NCBI RefSeq assembly: GCF_009914755.1
Contig: NC_060933.1
Length of the DNA stretch: 64,000 bases
From: the human T2T-CHM13v2.0 reference genome, Homo sapiens
Strand: one strand, 5' to 3'
Shown piece by piece: positions 62,689-64,000 of the stretch. The position numbers and the translations under genes are program-made. Positions within the stretch are counted from its first letter, which is position 1; each line of letters starts with the position of its first letter. The notes beneath the pieces are model-generated. The model did no database searches, was not told where the DNA came from, and saw only the letters and a list, made by a program, of their open reading frames with translations.

Positions 62689-64000
62689 TGGGTAAGCAGA
62701 AAATTCCTAGGTCAAGTGAATATAAGTTTAACCTAGACCAGAGTCACAACTCCTCAATCAATTCCCAGATTAGAGCCAGTTTATAGCCCCAGAACCCCCT
62801 GGAGGGGAGGCCAAGTACTCTTGAGGAAGGAGCACCATACAATGCAAAAAAAATTACACTGTTAAACTTCCTCACAACTTCCCCAAAAGTAAGGTACCAT
62901 TTAGCAGGGTAACTATGCAACGGGGAAAAGGAAATAATCAGACCTATTAGAAACTACTGGACACTGGCCCTGAACTGACACTAATTCCAGGACACCTAAA
63001 CCCCCTCTGTGGGTCACCAGTCAAAGTAAGGACTTATGGAGATCAGGTGATTCAGGGAGTTTTATCCCATGTCTGTCTCACAGTGGTCCCAGTGAGTCCC
63101 GAAATCCATCCTGTGCTTATTTCTTGTTTCCAGAATGCATGATTAGAATAGATATACTCAGAAGCTGGAAGAACCCTACATTGGTTCCTTAACTTGTGTA
63201 AGGGACAAGGGTTATTATGGTGAGATAGGCTAAATGGAAGCCGCTAGAACTGTCTCTGCCTTGGAAAGTAGTAAACCAAAGTTAGTACTGCATTCCTGGA
63301 GAGGTTGCAAACATTAATGCTACCATTAAGGATTTGAAATATGCAAGGGTGGTGATTCCCACCACATCCCCCATTCAATTCACCTATTTGAACTGTGCAG
63401 AAAACAAATGAATTTTGGAGAATGACAGATTACAGTAAGCTTAACTAGATAGTAACTCCAATTGCAGCTGCTGTATCAGATGTGGTTTCGTTGAATAAAT
63501 TAACACATCCTCTGATATGCAGCCATTGACATGACAAATGCTTTTTTTCCTCTGTATCTGTTCATAAGTCTCATTACAAGCAATTTTCTTTCAGCAGACA
63601 AGGCCAGCAATCCATCTTCGCTATCCTGCCTCACAGATATGTCAACTTTCTAGGCCGATGTTAAAATTTAGTTGGCAGGGATCTTGATTACCTTTTACTT
63701 CCACAAGATATTACTGGTCCGTTACACTGATGGCATTACTGGTAAGACATACATGTCAGGGAGTGGTTAATAAATCCAACTAAAATGCTGGGGCCTTCTA
63801 CCTCAGTACAATTTCGAGAGGTCCAGTGATGTTGGGCACATCAAGATATTCCTTTTAAGGTGATGTTGCTTCTGGTCTCTCCTACAATGAAAAAAAGAGA
63901 CTCAACACCCTGTGGACTTCTTTGGATTTTGGAGGCATCATACTCCTCATTTGCGTGTGTTACTCTGAGCCATCTACTGAGTGACCTAGAAAACTGCTGC

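Larger units (their letters stand above)
59415..64000 (+). mobile_element. MLT2 LTR (5'-truncated, ends about 59810) plus ERVL internal region (degraded gag, pro, pol)
   Basis: gactaataca LTR end; protease LLDTGPELTLIPG at about 62953-62991; RT remnants PFNSPI, FWRMTDYSKLN, AAIDMTNAFF; runs off the window end. Confidence 0.88.

Overview
Repeat-rich, AT-rich primate genomic DNA, almost certainly human (two AluYa5 elements). It contains no intact protein-coding gene. At 3.3-10.4 kb there is a nested retrotransposition stack with recoverable target-site duplications (TSDs): an SDR42E1 pseudogene is split by an old L1, and that L1 carries a 5'-truncated ATP5F1A processed pseudogene, an ERV1-type solo LTR and two Alus. 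Other repeats are about 20 Alus, several L1s, L2/MIR, MaLR, MER21 and MER41 LTRs, Tigger/hAT MITEs, and an MLT2/ERVL provirus fragment at 59.4-64 kb. The main unexplained signal lies in the unique sequence between repeats from about 17.7 to 59.4 kb. It holds about 20-25 minus-strand segments bounded by polypyrimidine-AG acceptors and GT donors, with open or nearly open frames and largely compatible intron phases. This looks like the fossil of a large multi-exon protein-coding gene whose product I cannot recognise. Repeat subfamily names come from recalled consensus sequences, and boundaries are approximate unless a TSD is quoted.
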